From Candidatus Thorarchaeota archaeon (lineage in GTDB: Archaea; Asgardarchaeota; Thorarchaeia; Thorarchaeales; Thorarchaeaceae): a stretch of 64,000 bases of DNA. The notes beneath the pieces are model-generated. The model saw only the letters and a program-made list of their open reading frames with translations. It was not told the origin of the DNA and did not search any database. Both the position numbers and the translations under genes were made by a program. Positions 17,709 to 28,458 of the stretch are shown here, piece by piece; within the stretch, counting starts at the first letter, position 1, and each line of letters begins with the position of its first letter. The stretch is taken from contig DXJO01000006.1 of NCBI GenBank assembly GCA_019057475.1, forward strand, positions 64,001-128,000. Reading direction: 5' to 3'.

Positions 17709-20700
17709 TCACATCATTTCGCTGGGCAGCTTCTGATTCCTGTGTGTTGTCTTCGGGAACCACATCAAGATGCCTGCTCCTCTACCCGGTTGCCCAGGCA
17801 CTCTATCGTAAGCCTCAATTCTTCCGCCATATTTTTCCACAATGTGTTTGGCTTGATGAAGTCCCACACCTCCAAACCGTCGTGAGGTGTCGAATAGCTT
17901 TGGCTTGAGCCTCGTTGAGATTCCGGGACCATTATCTTCGATGTTCACTTCGTATCCGTTCCCACTTTCGGACATGTTAATCCAGACTTTCTTTATGTCG
18001 TGTGGGTTTTTTTCGATCGCGTTGTCAATCACGTTATTGAATATGTGCTCAAGGAATTTATCAGCTTGAATGGTTGCTTCGGTTGCCCGAATGTCTGAAA
18101 CGAATTTCACATCCTTGTGCTTAGATGTCATCGTTTCAACGGTTTTCCGGAGGACATCGTCTAGAAGCCTTGGGCTAAGCGGTACAACCATCAGGTCTTC
18201 AGTAATCTTGACCTTGGTAATTATTTTTGCACATTTCTCAGCTGACTCCAGGATTTGATCCAGTTGTTCAGATACTCCGGGTCCTCCTGCTGTATGTCTA
18301 AGAAGCGCGGCTCCACCAAGTATTGCTTGCATTTGATTCGTGATATCGTGACCCAGTATATCGAGGTATAGATTGGACCTTTCGTTGGCCGTTCGAATGT
18401 TCATTTCGGCCTTCTTGCGGTCAGTTACATCAACGAAAGCTGCTTGGACTGCAGGTTCCCCTGCGTAGGTTACTTTTCCGGCTGTAAGTTCAAACCACAG
18501 CAGTTCCCCGTCTTTTCGGGTTACTCGTGCTTCGAAGTGGTCAGGAGTCGACCGCCCTTCAAGGATGTCTCTGAATCGCTGGAAAATCGTTGCTCTGTCT
18601 TCATAATGCACAATATGTTCAAGCTCAGAAGGCTGCAAATTCAAAAGCTCACCGACCGAGTAACCAAAAGTGTTGGCAAGAGCTGGATTCGCAAAGGATA
18701 ATCTGAATGGATCTCCCTGTAGTATGGCAATGCCTTGGAGGGAGCTATCTACTAGCATGCGATATTTCTCTTCGCTCTCCCTTAGAGCCATAATGGCTTC
18801 AGTCTTCTCGGTGATGTCCAAAATTTGCGACAGATATCCCACCAAGGAACCATCCTTTTTCAAGCCCAATGGCACTATGTTGACATCAAGGTATGCGGTG
18901 CCCCGTCTTGATGTTTTGTATTGTCCTACTTCTGCTACCTTGCCATAATCGAAGTCAACCTCATGCCTGACGGATTCACCTCGTCGAATCTTTTCCTTTA
19001 ACATTGAGGGGAGATTCGGGTCATCGAATAAGTTAAATTCACGCAAGTCGTCAAGGCTTGATACTCCCCACAGCTCGAATACTGCTCTGTTGGCATCCAC
19101 AAGATAACCATCGGCATCAAACAATTCGATGCCTATTGGTGATTGCTCAAACATCTGCCGAAACTTCTCTTCACTAGCCTTGAGGGCCTCTTCTGCTTTT
19201 CTACGCTCTGTGAGATCCGAATAGGCCACAACCATCATTTCAGGGAGAGCGCGAAATGCAGTAACCTGAAATGCACTCTTCACTTCGTCATTTTCCTGAA
19301 TGACATCCTCAGTCAGCCACGTACTCCCATTCCTGATGACATTCTGGAGATGTGAGATAATCTCAGAGCCTGGCGGGTCGGGAACCACATCCTTGATTTT
19401 CTTACCGACGAAATCAGCGTCATCCATGCTGAACATGTGCCTTCCGGCAGGATTGACCTCGGAGAGAATTAAGTCGCCGTCTTCATCAAGTCGAAGAAGG
19501 TGCATTCCCAGCGGGATTGATTCGAATATACTTCTGAACTTCGCTTCGGATTCCCTTAACGCATCCTCCGCTCGAATACGTTCAGCTATATTCCGGGCGA
19601 CGCCGATGATTCCTATTGGTGTTCCATCATCATCTCTCAGAAATGAGCGATTTACCTCCATCACGATTCGGCGCCCATTCTTGTGGTAGAGCTCCAATCG
19701 AAGAGCGACGTTGGAATCATATTCGAGGTTCTCCGGCACTGCAGCCATCGCTTCGACAAGTGTTCTTTTTGCTAGCAGCATTGACTCTGGAGTCATTATG
19801 TCTTCAAGGGATTTGCCAACTATCTCACTAACAGTGTAGCCGAGGTGTTCCTCTACTGAAGGTGTGACAAATGTCATTATCAAATTCAAGTCTGTAATCC
19901 AGATTATATCCTTAACATGCTCCGCAAGCAGACGATATCGTGTTTCGCTTTCACGCAGATCCTCTTCCGCAAGGCGGCGGTCAGTTATGTCTCGTACGTA
20001 CCCGATGATTCCTGTAACTTCTCCCGTTTCTCTGTCTCTTAATGGGAACGAATGAAGATCCAGCCATCCAATTTCTTTGCCGCTGGCATCCCTCCTCGGT
20101 ACAATTCCGGAAGCGGCCTTACCTGTTTTCAGTGTTATTGCTGCTGGACATTTCTCGCACGGAGCGGAGCCCCCATGCGCTTCATAGCACTTCTTGCCAA
20201 CCAATGGCATCGCGTGGGCGTACCATTGCTCCATTGTTGGATTAACGCGGAGAATCATTCTGTCCGAATCGAGGATGTTGATGCCATCTTGGATGCTGCT
20301 GAACACACTGGACAGGAAGCGCTCGTTTTCCCGTAGCGCATCTTCAATATGACGAATCTCAGTTATGTCTGTGATGACTGCGTAGGAGCCCATATGCAAG
20401 CCATTCTCGCCAACAAGCGGAGCGCCTGACACAATGGTTGGAACCAGTTTGCCATTCTTTGATGACCATTCAAGCTCGTATTGCGAAGGAAGTCCCTTGG
20501 TCCTCTTTCTGACATTGTCATCTAGAATCGCACGGTTCTTCTCATCTACGAAGCTCACAAGTGAATGGCCTACCATCTCGTTAGGTTCATACCCCAACAT
20601 GGATGCCCAACGTGCGTTGACATAGGTTAGTCTACCACCTTTATCGATAACCCCGAAACCATCATTCATACTGTCAACAAGAGCTCTATACCGAATCGAT

Positions 20701-20759
20701 TCTTCTTCAAGACTAGCGATTCGCTCTTCGTGGGGTACATCAGGAAGTTCGCCTGGCAT
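17709..20759 (-). CDS. six-PAS histidine kinase
   Basis: Six PAS/PAC units (RYRALVD, RFLSSVF, RYRLLAE, KFRSIFE, KFRQMFE, KYRMLVD), H box LYLDILGHDITNQ, NVIDNAI, DNGPG. Confidence 0.9.
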   Translation of the reverse strand: MPGELPDVPHEERIASLEEESIRYRALVDSMNDGFGVIDKGGRLTYVNARWASMLGYEPNEMVGHSLVSFVDEKNRAILDDNVRKRTKGLPSQYELEWSSKNGKLVPTIVSGAPLVGENGLHMGSYAVITDITEIRHIEDALRENERFLSSVFSSIQDGINILDSDRMILRVNPTMEQWYAHAMPLVGKKCYEAHGGSAPCEKCPAAITLKTGKAASGIVPRRDASGKEIGWLDLHSFPLRDRETGEVTGIIGYVRDITDRRLAEEDLRESETRYRLLAEHVKDIIWITDLNLIMTFVTPSVEEHLGYTVSEIVGKSLEDIMTPESMLLAKRTLVEAMAAVPENLEYDSNVALRLELYHKNGRRIVMEVNRSFLRDDDGTPIGIIGVARNIAERIRAEDALRESEAKFRSIFESIPLGMHLLRLDEDGDLILSEVNPAGRHMFSMDDADFVGKKIKDVVPDPPGSEIISHLQNVIRNGSTWLTEDVIQENDEVKSAFQVTAFRALPEMMVVAYSDLTERRKAEEALKASEEKFRQMFEQSPIGIELFDADGYLVDANRAVFELWGVSSLDDLREFNLFDDPNLPSMLKEKIRRGESVRHEVDFDYGKVAEVGQYKTSRRGTAYLDVNIVPLGLKKDGSLVGYLSQILDITEKTEAIMALRESEEKYRMLVDSSLQGIAILQGDPFRLSFANPALANTFGYSVGELLNLQPSELEHIVHYEDRATIFQRFRDILEGRSTPDHFEARVTRKDGELLWFELTAGKVTYAGEPAVQAAFVDVTDRKKAEMNIRTANERSNLYLDILGHDITNQMQAILGGAALLRHTAGGPGVSEQLDQILESAEKCAKIITKVKITEDLMVVPLSPRLLDDVLRKTVETMTSKHKDVKFVSDIRATEATIQADKFLEHIFNNVIDNAIEKNPHDIKKVWINMSESGNGYEVNIEDNGPGISTRLKPKLFDTSRRFGGVGLHQAKHIVEKYGGRIEAYDRVPGQPGRGAGILMWFPKTTHRNQKLPSEMM

Positions 20760-20902
20760 TTCATCTCAACCTAGTACTGCCTAAGGGCTCCAAGATGTCT
20801 GAGAATACCATGTGATATAGCTTTGTCGGGTGTCTTGACTAGCATCATTGATACACTGTTCAATCTTATCTTCTAGCCGGCTGAAAGATGATGCGAGCTG
20901 CT

Positions 20903-22786
20903 TCATTGCTCTTCTAATTTAGGGATAGTCAACTTGAATGTCGTCTTCTCCGAGGGCTCAAGTGTGATCTTCCATCTATGAGCATCTACTATTTTCTTGA
21001 CAATTGTGAGTCCCATACCGCCCCCCTCCTTCGTTGTGAAGCCGCGGTCAAAGACCTTTTCGCGCTCCTTCTCAGCAATGGTTGTTCCATCGTTGGAGAA
21101 CAATAATGAAATGCTCCCTTCCCCTTTCTCTGCCTTGACTTCAATCACATTCGGCTTTCCGTGCTGTATTGCGTTTGCAAGGAGGTTCTGTACCACTTGT
21201 TTCATCTTCTCACGGTCACAGCTGACCACCGGCAGCTTCTGCTGCTTGAATCGAATGCTTTTGGGCACAACAGTTGCTGCAACTTCAGCAACGAGCTTGT
21301 CGAGATCAACCGGATGGGTTTCTCCAATCACTTGACCTGCATCAGCGAGAGTAATGGATTGTTCAAGCATGGTAACTATACCCCTGGTCAAGTTCGTTAT
21401 CTCTTGAGCACGTGACTGATCATATTCTTCTTCAAGCAGGTTTGCGTATCCTATGATTGCATGTAACGAGCCTCTAAGGTCGTGACCCATAGCATGTGCG
21501 AATTCGCTGAGCTCTTGCTTTTGCTTTAGGAGTATAGCTTGGGATTTTACTCTCTCAGTGAGATCCTCCATGAAAAGCAAAACTCTCGATAGGGTTTCCT
21601 CATAACCTGGCGGAACGATGAGCTGCACGAGTAAATGTTTATTCTCGCCGGACAGATTCAGCATTGTTGCCTCTTTCGCGAAGTATTGCGCCCTCCCAGT
21701 GATCGCAACTATCTCTTCCCGAAACATGTCTAGTGCGTCTTCGAGAATTATGTCACTTAAACTCCCAAGAAGATGAGCTTTGCTTCTTACATTATGCAAG
21801 TCAATCGTGGCTTGATTCACGTCAATCAGTTTCACAAGCTTTGCACACTTGGTGACTTCATCGGGATTTTCCAGGAAGAATTTATTGATGTCCTCGATTC
21901 CGGACGCCTGAAGATCATTAACATACTTCTTGACTTCTGAGAAGTCCTCTATCCATATTGATACTGGTGAGTTTTGGAATATGCTTCGATAGCTACTCTC
22001 ACTCTCCTTGAGGGCCTGTTCTATCTTCCTCGTTTCAGTGATGTCCCTTGTAACGAAGACTGTGCTCTCACCATCCTGATGCAGGTCTATCCCGCAAGAG
22101 AACCAGCGCTTATCGTCGCCCATAGGCATAGAGTACTCTGTGTTTGTGTGCTTTCCAGTTTTTCGCACTTCAGCCGATAGACGTGTCAGCATTTCGGCGG
22201 CCCTAGGAGGCACGATTTCCTTGATGTTGCGTCCTAAGAACGCATCTGGTTTGGCAGGGAATTCTACAGAGCCAGAGGGATAGAATTCTACGAATACATC
22301 ATCTTTACTTAGCACGAATATCGTATCGTTTAGCGATTGAACGAGGGTGCGATGCCTTTCTTCACTCTCTTTGAGGGTCTTTTCTGCGACGACCTGTTCT
22401 GTTATTTCTCTGGACACTTCCACTACTCCGATTGAAGTGCCGTCGTCATCGCGCACCGGATAGCCTCTGACGAGCCACACCCGACCATCTGGGGTTCGCA
22501 TTTCCTTATGATGACTCTCCCCGGTTTCAAACGCCTTGATGACTGGACAGGAATCACATGGTCTCTCGGTGCCATACCAAACCTCGTAGCATCTTTTTCC
22601 CACGAGTTCTTCTTGAGCTAGTTTGACTGCCTCTGCAGATGCTTTGTTGGCCCACGTGATTCGCATGTCTAAGTTTTGGTAGTACATTACATGCTCCGCG
22701 ATGCTATCGAGTATCGCGGTTCTTGCTTTCTCGATCTCTCTAAAGCTGTCCCCCATCATTCTTCTTTCTCCAAAGCTGTCTTCCAC
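20903..22786 (-). CDS. three-PAS histidine kinase
   Basis: H box FAHAMGHDLRGSL, NLLANAIQHG, FDRGFTTK and GGGMGLTIV. Confidence 0.9.
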   Translation of the reverse strand: MEDSFGERRMMGDSFREIEKARTAILDSIAEHVMYYQNLDMRITWANKASAEAVKLAQEELVGKRCYEVWYGTERPCDSCPVIKAFETGESHHKEMRTPDGRVWLVRGYPVRDDDGTSIGVVEVSREITEQVVAEKTLKESEERHRTLVQSLNDTIFVLSKDDVFVEFYPSGSVEFPAKPDAFLGRNIKEIVPPRAAEMLTRLSAEVRKTGKHTNTEYSMPMGDDKRWFSCGIDLHQDGESTVFVTRDITETRKIEQALKESESSYRSIFQNSPVSIWIEDFSEVKKYVNDLQASGIEDINKFFLENPDEVTKCAKLVKLIDVNQATIDLHNVRSKAHLLGSLSDIILEDALDMFREEIVAITGRAQYFAKEATMLNLSGENKHLLVQLIVPPGYEETLSRVLLFMEDLTERVKSQAILLKQKQELSEFAHAMGHDLRGSLHAIIGYANLLEEEYDQSRAQEITNLTRGIVTMLEQSITLADAGQVIGETHPVDLDKLVAEVAATVVPKSIRFKQQKLPVVSCDREKMKQVVQNLLANAIQHGKPNVIEVKAEKGEGSISLLFSNDGTTIAEKEREKVFDRGFTTKEGGGMGLTIVKKIVDAHRWKITLEPSEKTTFKLTIPKLEEQ

Positions 22787-23059
22787 CGTTTTTCTTCCCG
22801 AAATGCATCGTTATCATCAAGGAGGAGGAGTTGTATCGTCTTCTTCACGCCCGTCAACGCCAAAACAAGGCAGGCTCTGCATATATCATTAGCGCACTTG
22901 TACTGACCAATTAGTTGCCAATGTAGAACGTGGATACAGGTGTGGCACAGGACAGATAGATTCGGCAATCTCTCTACTCTTCTCTTGTTCATTGGGGGCG
23001 ACATTTCAACACGGCAATTGCCAAAGGTCTTTGTGTGAGTTGTTGGTCGGGTTATCTAG

Positions 23060-24160
23060 TTGCAGCGCTGGATTATGCACGTAGACATGGATGCGTACTT
23101 CGCTTCCGTCGAACAGTACAGAAATCACCCCGAACTCCAGGGGCTGCCTGTATGTGTAGGTCATAATCCAAAGGGAGGCAAAGGCCGCGGAGTTGTTCGA
23201 GCCGCCTCGTATGAGGCAAGAAATCATGGCATACGGGCTGGAATGCCAGTTTCTAGGGCTTACGGGCTGTGTCCAGATGCAGTCTTTGTACGTGGTGACT
23301 TCCAAAGCTATGTGAGTGCTTCAGACGAGTTCATGGCAGTTCTCCGTGAATTCGCAGACGAGGGAAGGGTCCGACGAGCCAGTATCGATGAGGCCTACAT
23401 TGAGGTCACCTTCAAATGTCAAGGGTATGAACATCCAAGGGAACTCGCACTTGAGATTCAGACAACCATCAAGGACTCCACCAAGCTGCCTTGCTCGGTA
23501 GGCATCGCGCCCAACATGTCAGTAGCCAAGATTGCGACAGGTATGAACAAACCTATGGGAATCACCTTCGTTCCTCAAGACCCATTGGATGTTGTCCGTT
23601 TCCTAGCTCCACTCCCAGTGGATGCATTAAATGGTGTAGGCAAGGTTACAGCCCAGCGTCTCCTACGATATGACATAGAATCTCTTGGACAAATACAGCA
23701 GATGAGCGTGACAGAGCTTTGGCCGATTATGGGAAAAGGCTCGAGATGGTTGTATAGACGCGCATCTGGAATTGACGAGCGCCCTCTTGTTGACAACGGG
23801 CCTCGAGTCCGCAAGTCGATTAGCAAGGACCGAACTTTCCTTGAAGATGTAGAACCGGAGGCCGTGAATTACCTTCATGAAACGATGTCCAAGATTTGTG
23901 AACGAATAGCTGAGAAAGTGAAGAAGAAAGCGCTACAGTACAGAACAGTGACCGTGAAGCTACGCTACGCCGACTATACAACCATTCAACGCAGCCGAAC
24001 CTTGCCAGTATCTACAGGTGATGCTGACATGTTGAAACGGATAGCTCAGGAAATCTTTGACCAAAAGCGTGATCCAGATAGAGCTGTACGACTCCTTGGC
24101 GTGAAAGTGTCAGGTTTGAGCGAGAACTCAGCGCAGATGTGCCTTACTAATTTCTTGTGA
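23060..24160 (+). CDS. dinB: DNA polymerase IV (Y family)
   Basis: HVDMDAYFASVE, AASYEAR..GI..GMP, ASIDEAY, SVGIAPN...AKIA and RLLGV. Confidence 0.95.
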   Translation: MQRWIMHVDMDAYFASVEQYRNHPELQGLPVCVGHNPKGGKGRGVVRAASYEARNHGIRAGMPVSRAYGLCPDAVFVRGDFQSYVSASDEFMAVLREFADEGRVRRASIDEAYIEVTFKCQGYEHPRELALEIQTTIKDSTKLPCSVGIAPNMSVAKIATGMNKPMGITFVPQDPLDVVRFLAPLPVDALNGVGKVTAQRLLRYDIESLGQIQQMSVTELWPIMGKGSRWLYRRASGIDERPLVDNGPRVRKSISKDRTFLEDVEPEAVNYLHETMSKICERIAEKVKKKALQYRTVTVKLRYADYTTIQRSRTLPVSTGDADMLKRIAQEIFDQKRDPDRAVRLLGVKVSGLSENSAQMCLTNFL

Positions 24161-24212
24161 CACACGCGATGGCATCAGCTGAACTGAGAAGTGATGCTTC
24201 AGGGAATCTGCG

Positions 24213-24262
24213 GAGAAAAAAGAGAAGTCAGCAGTCAGAAACATTCTGACCGCTGTAGCTTC
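24213..24262 (-). terminator. hairpin plus U-tract after hppA
   Basis: GTCAGAA-aca-TTCTGAC with flanking CAGC/GCTG, followed on the minus strand by CTTCTCTTTTTTCTCC. Confidence 0.65.
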
Positions 24263-24274
24263 GTACGGTTCTGT

Positions 24275-26395
24275 TCAAAACAATCCGACAAACCATATGT
24301 GGAGCATGGCGATAATGGGTAGGAATAGTGTTGCAGTGAGCGAAAGCACTACGAGAAGAGTGTTGATGCTTGGTCCAGCTGTGTCTTTGAATGGATCACC
24401 GACCATGTCGCCGAGGACGACCGAATCATGAACATCATGCCACTTATCAGTGTCCTTCTCGTATTTCTTGTATTCCGGCGATTCAATCCACTTCTTGGTG
24501 TTGTCCCATGCGCCTCCAGCGTTGTCCATCATGATCGCAAGGATGAAGCCAATCAGAACTGCTCCGCCTAGATACGCAGCAAGAGCCTCAAGTCCCAAGA
24601 TTACACCGGTGAGAATAGTGGCACCGATTGCAATTATGGTTCCTGGCATCAGCTCCCGGATAGCTCCATGAGTTGCTATGCCAATGCATGAGTCGTAGTC
24701 TGGTTGTGAAGTTCCTTCAAGGATTCCGGGGTCTTCAGCGAATTGCCTGCGTATCTCCTTGATCATGCGCCCGGAGTTCTTCGAAACTCCAAGCACCAGT
24801 ATCGCAGAGAAGACGGTTGGAATCAATGTCCCGATGAACGCTCCAGCGATAACAAATGGATTCGCGAAGTCCACAGAGGTTATTCCTGCAGATTGAATGA
24901 ATGCTGAGAATAGTGCTAGTACTGATATCGCGGATGCGCCAATTGCAAAGCCCTTTGTGATTGCCTTGGTTGTATTGCCACTAGCATCCAGTTTGTCACA
25001 AGCAACAATTGCTTCATGTGGGGCATGTGCCTGTTCAATGACACCCCTTGCATTATCGACAATCGGACCATATGCGTCAATGGACATAATGTAACCATTG
25101 GTAGCCAGAAGGCCGACTGCTGCAATCGCTACAGCATATATGCCTCCATCCCAGCCACCTAGACCGGGAGTAATAGCAGTGCTACCCAGAATGAATGACC
25201 CAATAAGGGCAACAACCACACCAATGACAGATGGGACTGTGCTAAGAAGGCCGTATGAATACCCTGACAGGATTAGACCCGCGGGGCTCTCTTCAGCCGC
25301 ATCGACCATATTCATCACAGGTTGGAATCCAAGTATTCCACGGTCACTTGTGAAAACGTCTGACGTGAAACCAATTAGTACACCTGCAACCAAACCGAGT
25401 ATTGCCGCACCAGCTAGCGCGAGATCCAAGCCCACTAATGCCATGAACGCCACAGCGAGTATCGAGAACATTATGGTGGTGAGGTAGGTTCCTCTATTCA
25501 ACGCCGGACCAGGGTCCTCGCTCTCTTTTGGTTTAACAAGAAACACGCCCACTATTGAAGCTACTGTGCCAAGTGCGGCAAGCAGCAGAGGTAGAATAGC
25601 AAATGAAATCGGAGTGCTCACGGTGGCATCTATTGCAGCGCCTATGATGGACGCAGCTAGTATAGATGCTACATTGCTGTCGAAAATATCCGCTCCGCTT
25701 CCCGCAACATCACCAACATTGTCTCCAACTGCATCAGCGATTGATGCGGGGTTTCTTGGGTCATCCTCGGGAATGTGCTGCTCTATCTTTCCGACAATAT
25801 CAGCAGCCATGTCTGCAGTTTTCGTGAAGATTCCGCCGCCAGCCTTTGCAAATAGAGCTACCGTGGAAGCGCCAAAGCTAAAGCCCACAATAATCTCCCA
25901 GATTTCGGGGGTGGTAGCAGCAGGGAAAACGGCTTCCCATAATAGGAGTATCAGTCCTAGGCCAGTTAAGGCGATTCCTGCAATGCAAAGACCCATGAAC
26001 GAGCCTGCTCTAAATGCTACTCTGAATGCTGGAATAAGGCCACCCTTCGCAGCAGCTGCGGCTGTTCGTCTATTCGCTCTAGTTGCCACAATAATCCCTA
26101 GATAGCCAGCAGCCATACTAGCAAGAGAGCCCAGAATATAGGAGATTGCAATTGCAAATGCAAACTCACCAAATACAAGGGCGATCACAACTGCTAGAAC
26201 TAAGGTAAATGCAGTCAAGACTTTGTATTGACGTTTAAGAAACGAGTATGCACCTTGCTCAATGAGGTGGCTGACCTCTTTCATTCGTTCGTCGCCTTCA
26301 TCTGCCTTTTCATTGGCTCTGAAGATGTAAATCGCGACGACAATGGCGAGCAGACCGGATGCAAGTATCGGTCCGATTAACAGTAAGTCCGTCAT
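24275..26395 (-). CDS. hppA: membrane-bound proton-translocating pyrophosphatase, predicted K+-independent
   Basis: GGGIFTKTAD..AD.VGK.E..IPEDDPRNP, DNAGGAWDN and GDPFKDTAGPS. GNTTKA has Lys at the K+-dependence determinant. Confidence 0.93.
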   Translation of the reverse strand: MTDLLLIGPILASGLLAIVVAIYIFRANEKADEGDERMKEVSHLIEQGAYSFLKRQYKVLTAFTLVLAVVIALVFGEFAFAIAISYILGSLASMAAGYLGIIVATRANRRTAAAAAKGGLIPAFRVAFRAGSFMGLCIAGIALTGLGLILLLWEAVFPAATTPEIWEIIVGFSFGASTVALFAKAGGGIFTKTADMAADIVGKIEQHIPEDDPRNPASIADAVGDNVGDVAGSGADIFDSNVASILAASIIGAAIDATVSTPISFAILPLLLAALGTVASIVGVFLVKPKESEDPGPALNRGTYLTTIMFSILAVAFMALVGLDLALAGAAILGLVAGVLIGFTSDVFTSDRGILGFQPVMNMVDAAEESPAGLILSGYSYGLLSTVPSVIGVVVALIGSFILGSTAITPGLGGWDGGIYAVAIAAVGLLATNGYIMSIDAYGPIVDNARGVIEQAHAPHEAIVACDKLDASGNTTKAITKGFAIGASAISVLALFSAFIQSAGITSVDFANPFVIAGAFIGTLIPTVFSAILVLGVSKNSGRMIKEIRRQFAEDPGILEGTSQPDYDSCIGIATHGAIRELMPGTIIAIGATILTGVILGLEALAAYLGGAVLIGFILAIMMDNAGGAWDNTKKWIESPEYKKYEKDTDKWHDVHDSVVLGDMVGDPFKDTAGPSINTLLVVLSLTATLFLPIIAMLHIWFVGLF

Positions 26396-26552
26396 AGTGG
26401 ATTCACTGTGTCCGTTGGAAAAGCACCTCCCTCTTAGGTGTTACTCTTTGAACTCTCAAATTAGCAATTCGATGAGAGTGAAATCCGCCCGTGATTTCAT
26501 AAGGTACTCCTATCACGTTGGATCGCCTAGACCCTCTTCTACCAGTGGTGAA

Positions 26553-27272
26553 ATGCCTGTGCCTCAAAGAAACATCATTGAAGGACGCCTGATTGAAAGA
26601 CCAAATCGATTCCTTGGAGTAGTGGACATCAATGGAATTCAAGTCAAGGCGTTTATTCCAAATCCTGGCAGGATGTACGAACTGATGGTGCCTGGCAAGC
26701 ATGTCTACCTTACACCTGCCACTGGGAACAAGAGAAAGACTCAGTACAATCTCATTGGCGTTGAGCATGCAGGCGTTCTTGTTTCAATTGATTCAAACCT
26801 GCCTAATCGGTTCATGAAGAGAATGCTTCACGAACACAAACTGGAGATGTTCTCTGATTATGAAACGGTGGTTCCAGAGCCTAGGTACTACAATGGGCGC
26901 TTTGACTTCAAGCTTGAAGGGTTGAACGGGATTACTCTCATAGAGGTGAAGTCGTGTACTCTTGTGGAGGATGGTCGTGCGATATTCCCCGATTCTCCAA
27001 CTAAGAGAGGTGCCAGGCATATGAAACATCTTGCATGGGCTCTAACAGAGAAGATTGCGGATGCGACAGCGGTGGTGTTCATCATTCAAAGACCTGATGT
27101 ACAGGTCTTCTCACCGAATGATCCAACAGACCCGGAATTTTCAAATGCGCTGCGAAGTGCTGCCATGAACGGCGTAGAGGTGTATGCTTTAGCAACCAAA
27201 GTCGTGGATTGGGATCTTCAACTCCTCGGTCAAGTCCCTGCGGAGCTAGAGCACTTCTCCACATCCCATTGA
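26553..27272 (+). CDS. sfsA: SfsA family DNA/RNA nuclease
   Basis: RPNRF, PNPGRMYEL, IEVKSCTL and FPDSPTKRGARH. Probable start is the ATG at 26553. Confidence 0.9.
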   Translation: MPVPQRNIIEGRLIERPNRFLGVVDINGIQVKAFIPNPGRMYELMVPGKHVYLTPATGNKRKTQYNLIGVEHAGVLVSIDSNLPNRFMKRMLHEHKLEMFSDYETVVPEPRYYNGRFDFKLEGLNGITLIEVKSCTLVEDGRAIFPDSPTKRGARHMKHLAWALTEKIADATAVVFIIQRPDVQVFSPNDPTDPEFSNALRSAAMNGVEVYALATKVVDWDLQLLGQVPAELEHFSTSH

Positions 27273-27318
27273 TGGAAACATTAAGCTTTTCTTGCTGTAC
27301 TGCTAGGTTTTTGATGAG

Positions 27319-28458
27319 ATGCTAGCTCGGGTAGGGGAGAAACTGCGTTCGTTTTGGCCAGTGCAGACGTTGAAACTTATCGTTTTACTTCTTATCCCCT
27401 ATAGAGTTTCAATAGAATTCGTTCCCTATGACACCTACATCCATCTCAGCAGCATATTCTGGCAATGGTACTCGTATGAACCTGGTTGGTTTATAGCTCA
27501 GAGATTCGGATTAATGTCTCCTTGGACTGCTGCTGCAAACATTTCAGTGATTACAGCTCCAAGTCTATATTTCTGCTATAGGCTGCGGAGTATGTCGGAA
27601 ACTGAGTCTTCCTCCTGGCTAGCCGCTTCAACTACGGCAGTGTCGTTCATCTGTTTTATTCTGATATCCTATTCATACTGGTTTGAGTTTGGAGGTTGGG
27701 GATCGGATACAATGTATTGGCACGCGCTGCAAGGATTTCTCACAATCCTTCTCACCTTGTTTGTGTTCGTGCCTACCCTTAAACGTGTATCAAACAAATG
27801 CATTCCCAAGCGGCAGATGCGAAGGGCTAAGCGTATCCGCGACAGACTCCATCAGACTCTAGTGAAACTGTTGCCACAACATGTTAGCAGGATGATGATT
27901 CTGGCCGCGTTGGTTCCACCTTACATGTTTGGATTGTTCGTTGACACTTACGGCAGCGGCTTGAGCCTTTTTAGTCCGCTAGCCGGAATGTTTTCCTTTT
28001 ACTTCCAAGTTGATCGCTTTTTAGTAACTCCGTTTCTGCCGTACCGTGCCAGTTTCCTCATGCAACTCGGGAGCACGACAATTGGCTTTCTTGCACTTGG
28101 CATTCTTTGGCTTCAATTACTGTATGCTCACGAAGTTCTAAGATACGTTGAGGGGCGGGTTGGTAAGAAAAGGGTCACGCTCATCGGATTGACGTTACTA
28201 GTTCCGATCGTATTCCTCGGAGTTTCAAGCGGAGTTACAATGATGCTGGGTCAAGCTAATAGCGCATTCATTCCCTTCCCTGTGTCGATTCTTATAGGGT
28301 CTTGGCTTGTTCAGAGAAAGGATCGACTTCTCTCAAATGGAGATGCGGAGCCAGTGGAGGTAGAACCTTCTCCAAGTCATGAGAACGAAGTTTCCGTTCC
28401 TATTATCTACATCTTAGAGTCGCGTTTGAAGAAATTGCTTAGGAGGCATAAATCTTGA
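27319..28458 (+). CDS. polytopic membrane protein of unknown function
   Basis: About 8 TM segments; translationally coupled to the ABC ATPase gene. Confidence 0.65.
   Translation: MLARVGEKLRSFWPVQTLKLIVLLLIPYRVSIEFVPYDTYIHLSSIFWQWYSYEPGWFIAQRFGLMSPWTAAANISVITAPSLYFCYRLRSMSETESSSWLAASTTAVSFICFILISYSYWFEFGGWGSDTMYWHALQGFLTILLTLFVFVPTLKRVSNKCIPKRQMRRAKRIRDRLHQTLVKLLPQHVSRMMILAALVPPYMFGLFVDTYGSGLSLFSPLAGMFSFYFQVDRFLVTPFLPYRASFLMQLGSTTIGFLALGILWLQLLYAHEVLRYVEGRVGKKRVTLIGLTLLVPIVFLGVSSGVTMMLGQANSAFIPFPVSILIGSWLVQRKDRLLSNGDAEPVEVEPSPSHENEVSVPIIYILESRLKKLLRRHKS

Noticed and set aside
26396-26503. Third structured leader upstream of hppA (GGATTTCACT/AGTGAATCC, ACTCTCA/TGAGAGT)
   Set aside because: The 5' strand of the putative closing helix seems to lie upstream of the predicted TSS. 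It may instead be operator DNA in a divergent promoter.
26343-26552. Long N-terminal extension of SfsA in the ORF track
   Set aside because: It overlaps the hppA start and the divergent promoter. The family-like sequence starts at 26553.
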